Assembly (NCBI RefSeq): GCF_009914755.1
Contig: NC_060940.1
DNA from: the human T2T-CHM13v2.0 reference genome, Homo sapiens
Direction: 5' to 3' (one strand)
DNA length: 64,000 nt
In this document: positions 33,328 through 47,120 of the stretch, piece by piece
Position numbering within the stretch: the stretch's first letter is position 1
How the letters are laid out: every line of letters begins with the position of its first letter
Notes under the pieces: generated by a model
Databases searched by the model: none
Seen by the model: the letters and a program-made list of their open reading frames with translations, nothing else
Told to the model about the DNA's origin: nothing
Position numbers and translations under genes: made by a program

Positions 33328-34609
33328 TGCTCTCAGGATGAAGATGGTGACACTTACCAGTGTTCACTGGGTCCTGCCACCCTCTCCAACCCCACCTCAT
33401 TCCAGTTTCCTTACACTGTATTCTCTAGCTGTGCATGGCCAGAGCTCAGAGGGCAATTCCTTCCGTTGCTGAGCATGTTGGGTTCCATCCAGCTCCACGG
33501 CTTTTGCTCATGCTGCTTCCTCTGCCTGAAATACCCTCCCTCATATCTTCCACCTTCCACCACACTGAACTATTATAACAACCCTCCTTCCTGTAGATCT
33601 CAGCTCAGAAAAACCTTCCTGAATCTCTCTTTCCTTGAATCTCATTTCCCTTCAAGCAGCCAATATTTAGTTTGTTTGTCTTTACATTTGTTTGTGTCTT
33701 GTGCAAACTTGTAGTATGCAAAAATATACACATAGGTTATATTACTTAACAAAAAATGCTATACTATTTGCTTTCCTTTAAAGCTTCCTTTTTTCCCTTT
33801 AACAATATAAACCATAAGAAACTGTTCAAGTTTTCCTTCATTTTTTCTAACACCTGAAAGATATTCCATCATATGTGTACATACTATGTACATCATATGT
33901 ATTATAATAATTCATTTAAGAATTCCCATATTGATATGAGCTCAGATTGTTTCTGTGTATGTGTTTTCATTTTTACAAATAATGGTGCAAAAACATCTCT
34001 GAACAAATATCCTTACATTCTGATGCTTTTATTTCTGTAGGCTCAGTTGCTAAAAGTGGTATTGTTCAGTCAACATATACATACGCTTTACATTTCAATA
34101 CTCAGTGCCTGATTTCTTCCTGCAAATATAGGAAATTGCATGTCCACCAGCAGCTTTAAGAGGCCTCCCTGTGCTCAGCATCTCTGCCAGTACTCATGTC
34201 CTTCAATCCCTTTAACATCTGCCAATCTGTTGGCAAAGGAATGGCTTCTCATTGTTCTTCTGACTTCCATTTCTTTGACTGTTACTGAGATTGGGCATCT
34301 TTTTATACAAATATCATTTCATTGACAAAAATAACCTCTCTACTGAAAGGACCTTAACATGTTAGTTTAACATGTTTTGAGCACATCTTTTGAGATGATG
34401 TCAGAAAAACACCCACCTGTCCTCATTTGCTCTCCAGTGAAGACTATGAACTCAATTGTGTCCCATGTATCTGTGAACCCTCTGCTGTTTTGCGACTTGC
34501 GTCCCTAAAGGGTGGGGAGAGTTTTGGTCTCCAGTGATGTGGTGATGGGAGGGAAGGTAGATGGTTCTGCCCTGTCTGTGACAATCTCCTTCTGTGTCTT
34601 CACTTCCAG

Positions 34610-34765
34610 ATGCCACCCAGATGAACAACGCAGTGCCCACCTCTCCTCTGCTCCAGCAGATGGGCCATCCACATTCGTACCCGAACCTGGGCCAGATCTC
34701 CAACCCCTATGAACAGCAGCCACCAGGAAAAGAGCTCAACAAGTACGCCTCCTTAAAGGCAGTCG
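34610..34765 (+). CDS. SHISA9: SHISA9/CKAMP44 internal coding exon (156 nt, phase 1-1), cytoplasmic tail
   Basis: Acceptor tctgtgtcttcacttccag|AT and donor GTCG|gtaagt. Translates (D)ATQMNNAVPTSPLLQQMGHPHSYPNLGQISNPYEQQPPGKELNKYASLKAV(G), which I recognise as SHISA9; the NKYASLKAV motif is typical of Shisa6/7/9. Confidence 0.96.
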
Positions 34766-34939
34766 GTAAGTGCCACCTGATGGATCTTTTTCTCTTTCTC
34801 CTCTTCGCTCTCCTTTGCTGCTTCTTGTAGATCTCTTTATCTCCAGTTTTCTTTCCTAATTCCTTTTTCTAGCTCTCTTTTTTTCTCTTTCTGCTTTTCT
34901 CTGCCTCTATCTCATTTTTGTTCTCTCTCTGTCTATAAA

Positions 34940-35346
34940 TATGTATATCTATATATCTATCTATGTCTGTCTATGCATTCATTCATCCATCCACCTATAC
35001 ACTCTATCCATCCATTCATCCATCCACCTATTCACTTATCCATCTACCTACCTACATATGTATTATCTATCTGTCTGTCCATCCATCCATCCATCATCCA
35101 TCCATCTACTATTCACTTATCTGCCTATCTATTATCTATTGAATCTATCTACCTATTATCCTATCATCTGTCTGTCTATCATCTATCAATCCATCCACCC
35201 ATCCACCTATTCACTTATCCATCTATCTACCTACCTATGTATTATCTATCTATCATCCATCCATCCATCCTTCTATCCATCTACCTATCCACTTATCTAT
35301 TATCTATCTATATCATCTGTCTACCTATTATCTATCATCTAACTAC

Positions 35347-35389
<43 letters not shown>

Positions 35390-35418
35390 TTATCTATCAT
35401 CTTTCTATCTACCTATTA

Positions 35419-35466
<48 letters not shown>

Positions 35467-35472
35467 CCCATC
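34940..35472. repeat. Degenerate (TCCA/TCTA)n tract with pure (TATC)n runs
   Basis: Direct reading; starts ~175 nt after the exon donor. Confidence 0.93.
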
Positions 35473-36974
35473 TTCTGGGTCTCTCTACCTGGGACCCAGG
35501 TTTCTAAGGACCAGAGACCCTCAGCTGCTTTCTCTGACCTAGAACAAGTTCTACATTGCTGTGTGAGGCAGGGTGGCTGGGCGAGGGGCACATGTGCGGT
35601 GAGGGCTATTTCCTGGGGAGAAGAACCTGGATGCTCATTTGGTCCCACTGACACTTTAACCCCTTTACCATCTCCATCTACCCTAGCTGATCCTCAGGGA
35701 ATCTTGACATAGAATCTAGGTCTCTCCATCCCAGAAATGCCTTATACTTTAGTGGGTAACACCCTTCACCTACAAAGTCCATCCCATTTCTAAGAAGTTG
35801 GTAAACAATGCACGTTCCTATCCCAGGCAACTTCTGCTCTTCAGGATTTAAGTATTTACGGGAGTGGGCAGCCTGGGGCTGCTACTAATGGAGTTCTTAC
35901 CAAGTGCAAGACATTGAATTAAACCCTTGTTTTCTCATAGTGATTCCAAGGTGAAGACACAATGATTATCCCAATTACCAGATTAGAAAACTGAGACTCT
36001 AAGAGGCTAATATAACTTGCCCAAGTCAAGCAGCAGTGGGTGACAGAGCTGAGAATTGAACCCTATTTTTATCCCTCCAGAGCCACTGCTTCCACCACTG
36101 TCCTGGTTCCTTCAGTTCATTCTTCAATTTAAACATGAGGGGGTGTGATAGTTACCCTGACAGTGACTGAGGCTCCTGAACAGTTTGCTCATAAAAGGGT
36201 TCTATTGGATAGAAGCAACAGTCACAGAAAGCAATTCCTGACTCCTGATTGGCTGTGGCAACCTCAGGGTTCCCTAAATCAATGGTTCTCACATGTGGAT
36301 GCCAATTACTAGAATCACCTGGAGAGCAGGTAAAATATAAGGATGCCCCAGGTCCACCCTGGAGATTTCAATTGAACTGGTTGAGGATAAGATTCAGACA
36401 TGGGCATTTTTAAAGCACTCTGTGGCTGTTTCTAGTGTGAAGCCAGGGGTGACAGCCATTCATGAAAACTACTTCATCAGTCCCACATCCAGGAAAACCA
36501 AATCCTATTTCAAATGCTTGCTCTGAATTTCCTCTTCTAATGACCTTAATACATGGGGGAAATTCCTTTTCTTTCCTTCTCACTGTGTCCTGTGAGCTCT
36601 AAGTTTTTCTCCCTGTCTCAGAGGAGAGATTTTAAAGCCAGGCTTTCCACTTAACCTGATTCTTCTGAGTCTATTCCTTGGGGAGCTAGAAAGAGCCAAA
36701 CAGATGTGAGTTCAAATCCTGGCTCTACTGCTTACCATCTGTGTAGCCTTGGGCAACATTTGGCCCCTTTTTAAGGTCTCAGTCTTCTAATCTGTAAAAT
36801 GGGCCTAAGGATGCCTGTGATGACTCATATTATAGACTGGTAAAGGACATTCATTCAACATACATTTGTCACCTCCCTTCTCCAGAGCTCCCTGGTCTTG
36901 TTTCTAGTAGCCCCATGGATGAATCCTTTTCTCATTTCCATCTTAGAGCATGCTCAGATATCATAGGAAGGTCT

Positions 36975-37280
36975 TCTTCTTCTTTTTTCTTTTTTGAGAC
37001 AGAGTCTCACTGTGTCACTCTGGCTGGAGCGCAGTGGCACGATATCGGTTCACTGCAACATCCGTCTCCGGAGTTCAAGTGATTCTCCTGCCTCAGCCTC
37101 CCGAGTAGCTGAGGTTACAGGCATGCACCACTATGCCTGGCTAATTTTTTTTTTTTTTTTTAAGTAGAGATGGGTTTCTCCATGTTGCTCAGCTGGTCTC
37201 GAACTCCTGACTTCAAATGATTTTCCCAGCTTGGCCTCCCAAAGTGCTGAGATTACAGGTGTGAGCTACTGCACTTGGCC
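36975..37280 (-). mobile_element. AluS
   Basis: Reverse Alu. Confidence 0.9.
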
Positions 37281-38262
37281 AGGAAGGACTTCTTTAAACA
37301 TTCTCCTTTTCCAACATGGAGTCCTCACCTTCCCAGCAGAATTGACTGTCAGAAGCTCCGAAGCATTAGAACAATTCACTTTGAGTGGAATCCCATTTAT
37401 TGGTAGAGGTCTTCTACTCTTTAGTTATTCATAAAATTTATTTATTTATCTATTCTCACATAGTTTTGGTTCCCGAAAAACTCTGGGCAGGCAGAAAACC
37501 CCACAAACCATATACTTTCTTTTATTATCAACTGTTCATCCTATTTTCTCCCCCCACTGCCAAGCCCCTCATTGGAGATGGGATGAGAGATACTTGCTGA
37601 TCGATTTCAGTATGAAATATGCTAATCCTGTTATAAACTAACACCAGAACCCAAAGCACTGACACAACCATGTGTCTAAGATGCATGTGGTAACCATAAT
37701 CAACACACATCAGATTCACAAAACAAGCATTTTGGTGCCTAGCATAGGGCCAGGCACTTCCTAGGTGCTTAGCCAGTGCTTATACCAGAAGTCTATGTTT
37801 GGGAATTCATGTTCCCTGATCTCTTAAGATTTCCAGATGGAATCATTCAAATAGTGACTGAGCCAAATTTATAATACCAAGGACACAGGATGTGCAAACT
37901 GACACAGGCTTTTCTAAATCTGAAGCCTTGTAAGACCCTACGTACTGGTTACCCATGTTTCACATTGAATTTCTATGCCCAGCTCAACCCTCGTTATGTC
38001 CCATGACCACAGATTCCTTCTATTCCATATTGCCTGTTTGCACAGCATATGCATCCTAACTGCATTCAAATATACTCAGTGTTACTAGGAAGGGATGAGG
38101 GCTGTTACCTAGGAGAGCAAGAGTCACGGCATCTTTGCCAGTGTAACTGTGGAAGCCTTCATATGCTATTTGGTGGCCCACTTCCCTTTCTGAGCCTCGC
38201 AGTTAGATGATAAATAACATATGCCATTTTATTTTATTCTTCTTTAGGCATTTAAAAAATCA

Positions 38263-38514
<252 letters not shown>

Positions 38515-39639
38515 TTATCCAAGATTTATGTGGAGCTCCTCTACATGGCAAATGTCTGCAATGCATTTGGGATTAAATTTTCAGTGTGAAAATCATTTCA
38601 CACTCTTTGAGTAACCCTCTGTTCATAAATCAGGAACTTCTGAAATGTTTGTTGAATGAATGAATGAGCTTGTCTTTGACAAGAATAAAAAAAAAAGGAA
38701 TAGCTTGGTTGTAAGGAAGCACTCTAATACCTCCTAGAAAACTCTGAAGCATCCCACGTGGGACACCTTCCCCAGTCCTAGATGGGGTTGATGTACCCCC
38801 TCCTGTTCTTCATCCTTTTTTTCTGACCACTGTGAGAGTTCTCAGGGCTTTCTCTGAGACATAGGTGGTCTTGTGAATCTGGAGGGCCAATGAGGAGCAG
38901 ACTGAGGGATTGCTTGACTCAATGGGTTAGCCAGGAATCCAGCATCTGCCTGCACATATAAAATGCAAATCCCATAATAAATGTTCTTTCAAGGGTTCTT
39001 TGTTAAAGCATAATGTGATCATGGTGTGAATGATGAAATGCATTTTATTAATGAAATTATTACCAGCCAGGAGAGAAGTTGTTTAAAAAATGGTTTGCCA
39101 TTGAAAGTTCTGCAACCTCCGATAAGCAGATTCATTTTCTAAATATTTCAATCCAGAGAATAAGGAGAGGTTAGACAATCTTTAGCATTCACTGGTAAGC
39201 TCAAAAATACTTCTGGAAAATAAATTTCTCTGGGAAGCTTTAACATCCAGAGCTCTGGGAAGATGATCAGAGGCTCTGTCTCACTCAGACTCTAACTGTA
39301 CTTAGCTGGATGACTTTGAGCAGGTCAATGAAGCTCTTGGACTTCAGCTTCTTCATATGAAAAATGAGAAAACTGAACTATAAGATGTCCAAGTTCCATT
39401 TTAATTTTAAAATTAGAAAATTAAATAATTCTACTCATTCTAGTTATTAGAATGCCTTAAACATGTGCCATTCATTTCCTGCCAACTCAGGGAAAAAACG
39501 GTTTGAATAAAGGGTGTTAATGTTGGTTGTTCCTGAGGCAAATTCTCCCCAAACCTGCCTTCCTTTCTATTTTATTGTATTTTATTTTTGTTTGCTTGTT
39601 GGGATCACCCTCACTCATGTTTAAAGAGACCTCTTTTCC

Positions 39640-39768
39640 TTTCTTTTTCTTTTTTTTTCTTTTTTTTTTTTTTTGAGACAGAGTTTGGCTCCTATCACCC
39701 AGGCTGGAGTGCCATGGCGCAATCTCGGCTCACCACAACCGCCGCCTCCTGGGTTCAAGCGATTCTCC
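39640..39768 (-). mobile_element. Alu right-arm fragment
   Basis: Poly-T, then gagacagagttt...gggttcaagcgattctcct. Confidence 0.85.
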
Positions 39769-41035
39769 TATTGAGAGAATTGGACATGCACCACCTAGTC
39801 ATACATGGCATGTAACTGCAGAATGGTTTCTGTTCCCAAGGGTTTCACTGCCCAGCTCTTGGTAAAATATTAGCACACACTGGGGAATTGTTAGTGGCTA
39901 AACCGTATAGGACTTTGTACCAGAAGGGATGATGACTTTGAATTATTCCTTCAGTTGTTCATTCATTCTCCAAACATTAAGTCTGGTTTCCCTTGACTGC
40001 AGGTCCCACTGAGGCATGAACCAAATCTGTCCCATTTGTCAATGTATCCCCAGCACCTAGTGTCATGTGGGGTGCTTAGTAAGGACTCCCAACACCTATT
40101 TGTAAAACTAGTGAATAATACCATATGAGAAGCACCTTATCTAGCCTGAGAGGGGCCTTAGAGAATCAGCAGGATAGCAGAATATAGCACAGCCTCTGGA
40201 ATTTGTCAGGGCTGAGTTTAAGACCCAGCTTGGACATTTATCAAGTAATTGGAGAAATTATTTAACTTCCTCAGGTCTCAGTTTCTCCTTCTGTAAAATG
40301 GAGATAATAATGATAACACACAGATAATGGCTTAGAAAATTTGATGATATAGTGTAGGTAAAGTTCTTAGCCTGACATATGTCAGTCCTCAGCAAATACT
40401 GCAGCATATTAAAGACCCAGACCAGAGTTATCTGCGGTCATCATTTTCCCCTGATCTCGGAGATACGCTGGTACCTGGATTAACATGCAATTGCCCACAT
40501 TTCATTTTGAGGGAGAAAGGGTTGGTTCCATATTCTTTACTCCAGTCTGATGGGAAAGACATACATGAAAGTTAACTCATGTCAGGGATCTGATAAAACA
40601 AGCAGGCAAGCAAGCAAACAAATGGCTTTTCTAAGCTGTCCTAAGGACCCTCAAAGAATCAGTCTAGACCTCTTCAAGTTCCCCATCTTCAGGGTGGACA
40701 ATAAAAGTTGATGCCCAGGCATATAGATACTGTAATGTTAGCCATCAGAGAAATATTCTGTTTCAATACAATCCATCAGGGAACTATTCTTTTTCACTCA
40801 ATTGACTCTCCTTACTAAAGCAAAAATGTAATGTGGATTTAAACATTTCCCACCAATGTTGAGGTTGAGAAGTGGGTCTTGTTATAGACCGAGCCAAAAA
40901 TGTAACCTGAAAATCCAGTTAAGCATACAAGTTCCCTGGCCTGAGGTGCCCATATGGTTACAATATGGGAGCCTACCTTGTGATTCTTCACAGGCCAAAG
41001 TTTGGAAGACAGACGTCTTTATGAAAATATCCCTA

Positions 41036-41408
<373 letters not shown>

Positions 41409-42157
41409 TTATGTAATTCCTGATGGGCTTTGCAAACAGAAAGTTGCCTGCACATTGACATTTATCTTTCATTAGCCCCTTGTCCAGTTTTTCCTCTAGG
41501 TTTCTGATTATTGAACTCCTAAGTGACCAAAGATTCATGATCATGTGCCCTTAAGATGGCTCAATGCAACCTTGGCCATTGAGTATAAGAAAGAGACAGG
41601 ATGTACCAGCATCATTGATAAAATGCTGCGTCACTTCATTTCTAATTCAAAATTTTAATTTTATTAAAAAAAAATTGTCTGTGTTGCTATTTGACAGATG
41701 ATTGACATTTTGCCAGAATCACAAGGCATTTTCCAATAGCACTTTTTGAAACAACAGCAACAATACACTTCAATATGGCAGGAATTCCCTCTTTACTCTT
41801 GGAATCATGAGTGAAAACCCTAAAAGCCATACATGAGGCACTTGGCCATGGATTGGCCTCTACTAGTTTAATTTCTTTTCAAGTTAGGGCAGAAAGGGGG
41901 CTCACATCACTGAGCTCATAAACAGCACACCTCTGAGGGAGGCATCAGTACCCCCCGTTTTGCAGATGGGGAAACAAGCTTAGCATAGTTATTTCCCCAT
42001 AATCCGTACTTTTAGTAAATGGCAGAGCCAAGTCTCATATTCAAGAGTGCTTGACTTGGAATCCTATGTTCTTCCCATGAAACTATGCTGTCTTCTGCAG
42101 AGAAATTTCTAGCATCTAAAGTATGTAACCAGGCAAAAGAAAAGCTGGGGAAGCCTA

Positions 42158-42580
<423 letters not shown>

Positions 42581-44468
42581 CTAGTGTATTTGAGGTATGC
42601 TATACTGGAGGTATATTTTACATACAGTGACATACACAGTTCATAATTTTACAATAGTGTGATTGTTTAAAAAAAAAGCATACACTTGGTTATCCACATC
42701 CCAATAAAAATGAGAAATATTTTCGTCACACTGAAAGTTCCCTCATATCTCCTTCCTTTTAATACCTTAGGTCTACTTCCTCTTCATGAGCATTTTTCAC
42801 CCTCAAAGTATTTTTCTAATGTCCATGAGTGTGACCAAGTACACAGTGGAGCCTTAACTAAATGTTCCGTAGCCTATACATCATCTTATTAAATGCCCTA
42901 TTGTCAATGAACTTATAAATGAAAATTCATTATTGTAATAGCTAAGCCCTATCTGAGCTAATGGGAACAGAGGTGACAAAATAATGGTTCCTGCCTTCAA
43001 GGCAAACAGCAATGGATTTAATTTGGGGTTCAGATGGCTTCCCTGGAGTCAGCGACTTGTTGGCTTGGTCAGCGTGTGGCCATCCACACAGGAAGAATGG
43101 GGGTCGCACCACTATTTCCAGATGACCCTGGCTATGGGGGAGAAGAGAACCGAGTCATCCTGGGTGGGCCCGACTCAGTTTTAACTTCCTCACTCTTCTC
43201 TCTTCTGTTGCTCCAATTGTCCCTCTTGTGAGTGATGAGGGGTGTACAGTTCAGATCCACGGGGGGGATGTGGCGATTTGAGCATCCTTTGGCACGCCTG
43301 GGGAGGCCAGCCAGAAATGTTTAAATGGGGCCGGATCTGTGCTCTGTAATCATTCAGATGACAGACTGTTCCCTGCGCCTTCACTCAGCCTGATATATCT
43401 CTGGAAATAGTGCCAAACTGTTGAGGACTTGGTCTTTCTAGGTAGATGCCTAAGAAAGGAAAGAGCTAGGACCACACGCTGATTGGCCAGGTCTCCAGCC
43501 AATGAGGAGAGGTCTCGTGGGTAGGGTTGCCCCACTTTAAGCAAAACCCAATCTTACAGAGAACTATCAAAGAAAATGCGAGGTTGGTGGGGGTTGGGTT
43601 GGGTATAGCCTTGGCCAATTCTCAGTATCCTTCATTTTATGAAAGGAGTCATTATGGAATTCTGTTAATAATGTTAGATCTCCCAGGGCTCATTCGGGAC
43701 ATCTGAAAGGGAATTCAATTCGGATAAACTGATTTATAATGAAAACTCCAGGCACACACCTGTTCTGTAAAGCAATGTATTACTCATTATGGGATTCTCA
43801 GATAACAAGCTTGATCTCGTTACCGTTTAGAATTTCCCTACCTTAGAAAGGGTGACTCTGTGGATAAAATTGAATGCATTCCTTCATTCAGTCATATTTT
43901 CCAAACACAGAATGTGTGTTAGGTACTGTGGTAAGGTAGCCCCCACCCCATGGGGCCTGTCACCCAGCATTTAAAGTCGCAGTCAGTAGAGCCTGTCCCA
44001 ACCTTGAATCTGGGGCTAATAATGTGCCCCTTTTCAGGAGGGGGATTGCAGTGGAACACGATCAAAGTCTATCTCTTGTCATCAGAGTGTAGTCTTGAGC
44101 CAAGGTGAGCTCATATAACTCAAACTTTCCTTTCTTTCTAAGCAGGTTGAAATTTACAGCCAGATTTTCTACCTAAGAATTATCTTTCTGCCTTACGTAA
44201 CTGAAAATATCTCGGCCTTTTTCAGGAGGCTTCTTTTGATCTTCTGTTGGGTGTTAACGTGAGGCTGCTTCAAGGCCTTGCAGAAAGAGGTACACACATA
44301 GCTGCATTTTCACACGTGGCTCCCTTCCCTGTTCCCTGGGTCCCCTGAGGCCTGTCCCTGCTTGGAGGCTGCAGCAGGGGCAGCCAACAGCACCTGGGTG
44401 TGAGGGCATAGTGAACATGGGTGCCCTGCAAACAGATCATCAGCATTTCTTGATTGTTATTTTTTTAG

Positions 44469-44516
44469 GAAGTTCTGATGGTGACTGGGCAGTATCGACA
44501 CTTAAGTCACCAAAAG
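44469..44516 (+). CDS. SHISA9: SHISA9 48-nt cassette exon (16 codons, phase 1-1)
   Basis: Acceptor gattgttatttttttag|GA and donor AAAG|gtactg. Translates (G)SSDGDWAVSTLKSPK(A), continuing in frame from the 34610-34765 exon. Matches the 48-nt difference known between CKAMP44a and CKAMP44b. Too short for the ORF track. Confidence 0.94.
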
Positions 44517-45409
44517 GTACTGTACAGCTTTTTCTAGCTCTTTTGTCCAGGTGTTGTCAAAGTTAGCATTAAATAATGAAGGGATAGAGAGTCCTGGTGT
44601 CTGTGTGACCTGTGCACATGTGTGTCTGCATAGGGTGGCATCTGCAAGTCCGTCTAAGTTCCAGTGTGTAGGTGTTTGTGTGTTTGTGTGTGTGTGTGTG
44701 CATCTAGCAATTGTTGGACAACGTGGTAGCCCTCACTTCCCAATATTTGCTGCCTGATGGAAAATATCACTATGAGAAATCATGCCAGGTAAGGTGAAAT
44801 ATGTTGATTTTTCTCAGAAAGCTGCAATGGCAAATGGCAAAACACAAGGTTAATTAATGGGGGCGGGGCGGGGGAAGAACACAGCTTCTGAGGGAGAGAA
44901 AAACATAATCAAGTTATTGGCCAAGGGTCTTGGGAATGACTAGCCTTTTAGAGAACAGAATGCTATTTTCAACTTTCCTGGGACAGCGTGGTGAGCAGAG
45001 AGGGTTAGGAAGTTGGTCGACTTGAGTCTGTGAGTTAACCCAGCTGGGTGACCAGACCAGGTGGCAGCTATCATTAATTAGCGCCCTACTATGTGCCAGA
45101 GGACTGGCCCTTTACATCATTTTATCATTTAATTCTATGATGATCAGGCTGTGTAGGCATTGTCATCTGCATTTAGAAATGAGGACATGATGTCTAAGTA
45201 TGGATAAGTCTTGCTGGTCTAGAGTCATGTGACTATTCAGTGGTAGATCTGCAGTTTGAACCTCTATCAGTCTGACCCTTATTCTAAGCTATTTTCCACT
45301 AGGGTGTAATGGAAGCAGCTCTTTTTAGAATAGACCAGAAACACCCTTCTCCATATGCTTTGTTGGACTTGGTGGAGAAGTAACTGACCTAAGGAGGTGG
45401 AGGTAGAAC

Positions 45410-45721
45410 TATTTATCTATTTATTTATTTATGAGACAGAGTCTCACTCTGTCACTCAGGCTAAAGTGCCGTAGTGCGATCTTGGCTCACTGCAACCTCC
45501 TCCGCCTCCCAGGTTCAAGGGATTCTCCTGCTTCAGCCTTCTGAGTAGCTGGGATTACAGGCACATGCCACCGTGCCCAGCTAATTTTTGAATTTTTTTT
45601 TTTAGTAGAAACGGGGTTTCACCGTGTTGGCCAGGCTGGTCAAAATCCTGACCTCAGATGACCCACCTGCCTTGGCCTCCCAAAGTGCTGGGATTACAAG
45701 CATGAGCCACCATGCCTGGCC
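45410..45721 (-). mobile_element. AluS
   Basis: Reverse Alu with (TTTA)n tail; TSD gtagaact. Confidence 0.93.
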
Positions 45722-45792
45722 AGTAGAACTCTTTAATGAGCTCGAACTGGGGAAAATTAGGAGACATTGCCAGGATATCAGCAAGAAACTGG

Positions 45793-46154
45793 TGTATTAG
45801 TCTGTTTCAATGCTGCTGATAAAGACATACCCAAGACTGGGCAATTTACAAAAGCACAAGGTTTATTGGACTCACAGTTCCACGTGGCTGGGGAAGTCTC
45901 ACAATCAGGGCAGAAGGGAAGGAGGAGCAAGTCACATCTTATGTGGATAGCAAAGGGAGAGCTTGTGCGGAGAAACTCCCATTTTTAAAACCATCCGATC
46001 TTGTGAGACTCACTCACTCTCACAAGAACAGCACAGGAAAGACCCACCTCCATAATTCAATCATCTCCCACCGGGTTCCTCCCACAACACCTGGGAATTG
46101 TGCGAGTTGCAATTCAAGATGAGATTTGGGTGGGGGCACAGCCAAACCATATCA
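45793..46154 (-). mobile_element. THE1B-like MaLR solo LTR
   Basis: tgtattagtctgttt...gctgataaagacataccc...gagatttgggtggg...ccaaaccatatca. Confidence 0.9.
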
Positions 46155-47120
46155 ATAGTTGTGGCCATTTTTTTTTTGCCGTTTCAAAAGATTATTCTGG
46201 CTTCTAAGTGGAGACTGGATTAGGGGACTGTGGACTAGAGTTGCAGACACCCACTGGAAGGCTCTTGCAGGTGGGTGGTGACCTGCACTGAGGTGGGTAG
46301 AGGATGGAGAGAAGAAAATGGGAGTGGAAGGATCATTGAGAGACTACAAAAAGTACTGAGTGAGGAGGGGGAGGGATCATGAGACCAATGGTTCTCACGT
46401 TGTAACCAGCTTGAGCACACATCAGCATCACTTGGAGGGTTGTTACAAACCCAGATTCCTGGGCCTTACCCAGGAGCACCTGATTCACTAAGCCTTGGCT
46501 CAGAAACATCCTGAGTTGTTGCAGGGAGGAGAGTGCATTCTATTCCCTCATTGGGAAAGAGAGCTTTACATCAGTGTATTTAATGAGAATCCCCTGACTA
46601 CCTGGCTGTTGCCTTCAGAGAGACAGATTTTTGGGTTTTGCATTAGATAATAAGTATTCACATGTCAAAGTCCATTTTTAGAAATGCAAACAATTTGGAA
46701 CATGACAGACCTCCTAATTTGAGGCATTAACTTCTTTTTTCCCTCCCTGTGAAAAACAAAGCCGTTATGATCTCTGTGACAGCATTTGGAGGCAGCCTGC
46801 ATTTCTGTCCTTATATCATCCTTTTGTTGTCAGATGCATTTAGAACATATTTCAGTTTAGGTTAAAAGCAAGGAGCTGTTTTCTACCCAAACCAAGCTAA
46901 CTTCACCTGTCCTGCTAAAGGCACCTTTATCCTGCCTTGTCGGGGGAGAGGAAAAGTGGTCCCAGTGAGAACCAAGTTCCTCTGGGGTCATTGGTCTGCC
47001 TCTAGTGTTCTCTACTCAACCTCTAGACCCAGACTCTAGATGAGGTATGGTAGCAAGGTTAGGGAGTTTGTGTGCCCCCACCTTCCACATCCTGCCACTT
47101 TCTTAAAAGGGAGAGAGACA

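Noticed and set aside
32912-33714. Opposite-strand ORFs sharing MDRQEARP and WVSPPVYPSH
   Set aside because: The shared peptides come from the DNA inverted repeat. The rest is decayed LTR/L2 sequence with no recognisable protein.
34941-35542. 133-aa and 189-aa ORFs
   Set aside because: Low-complexity (TCCA/TCTA)n translation.
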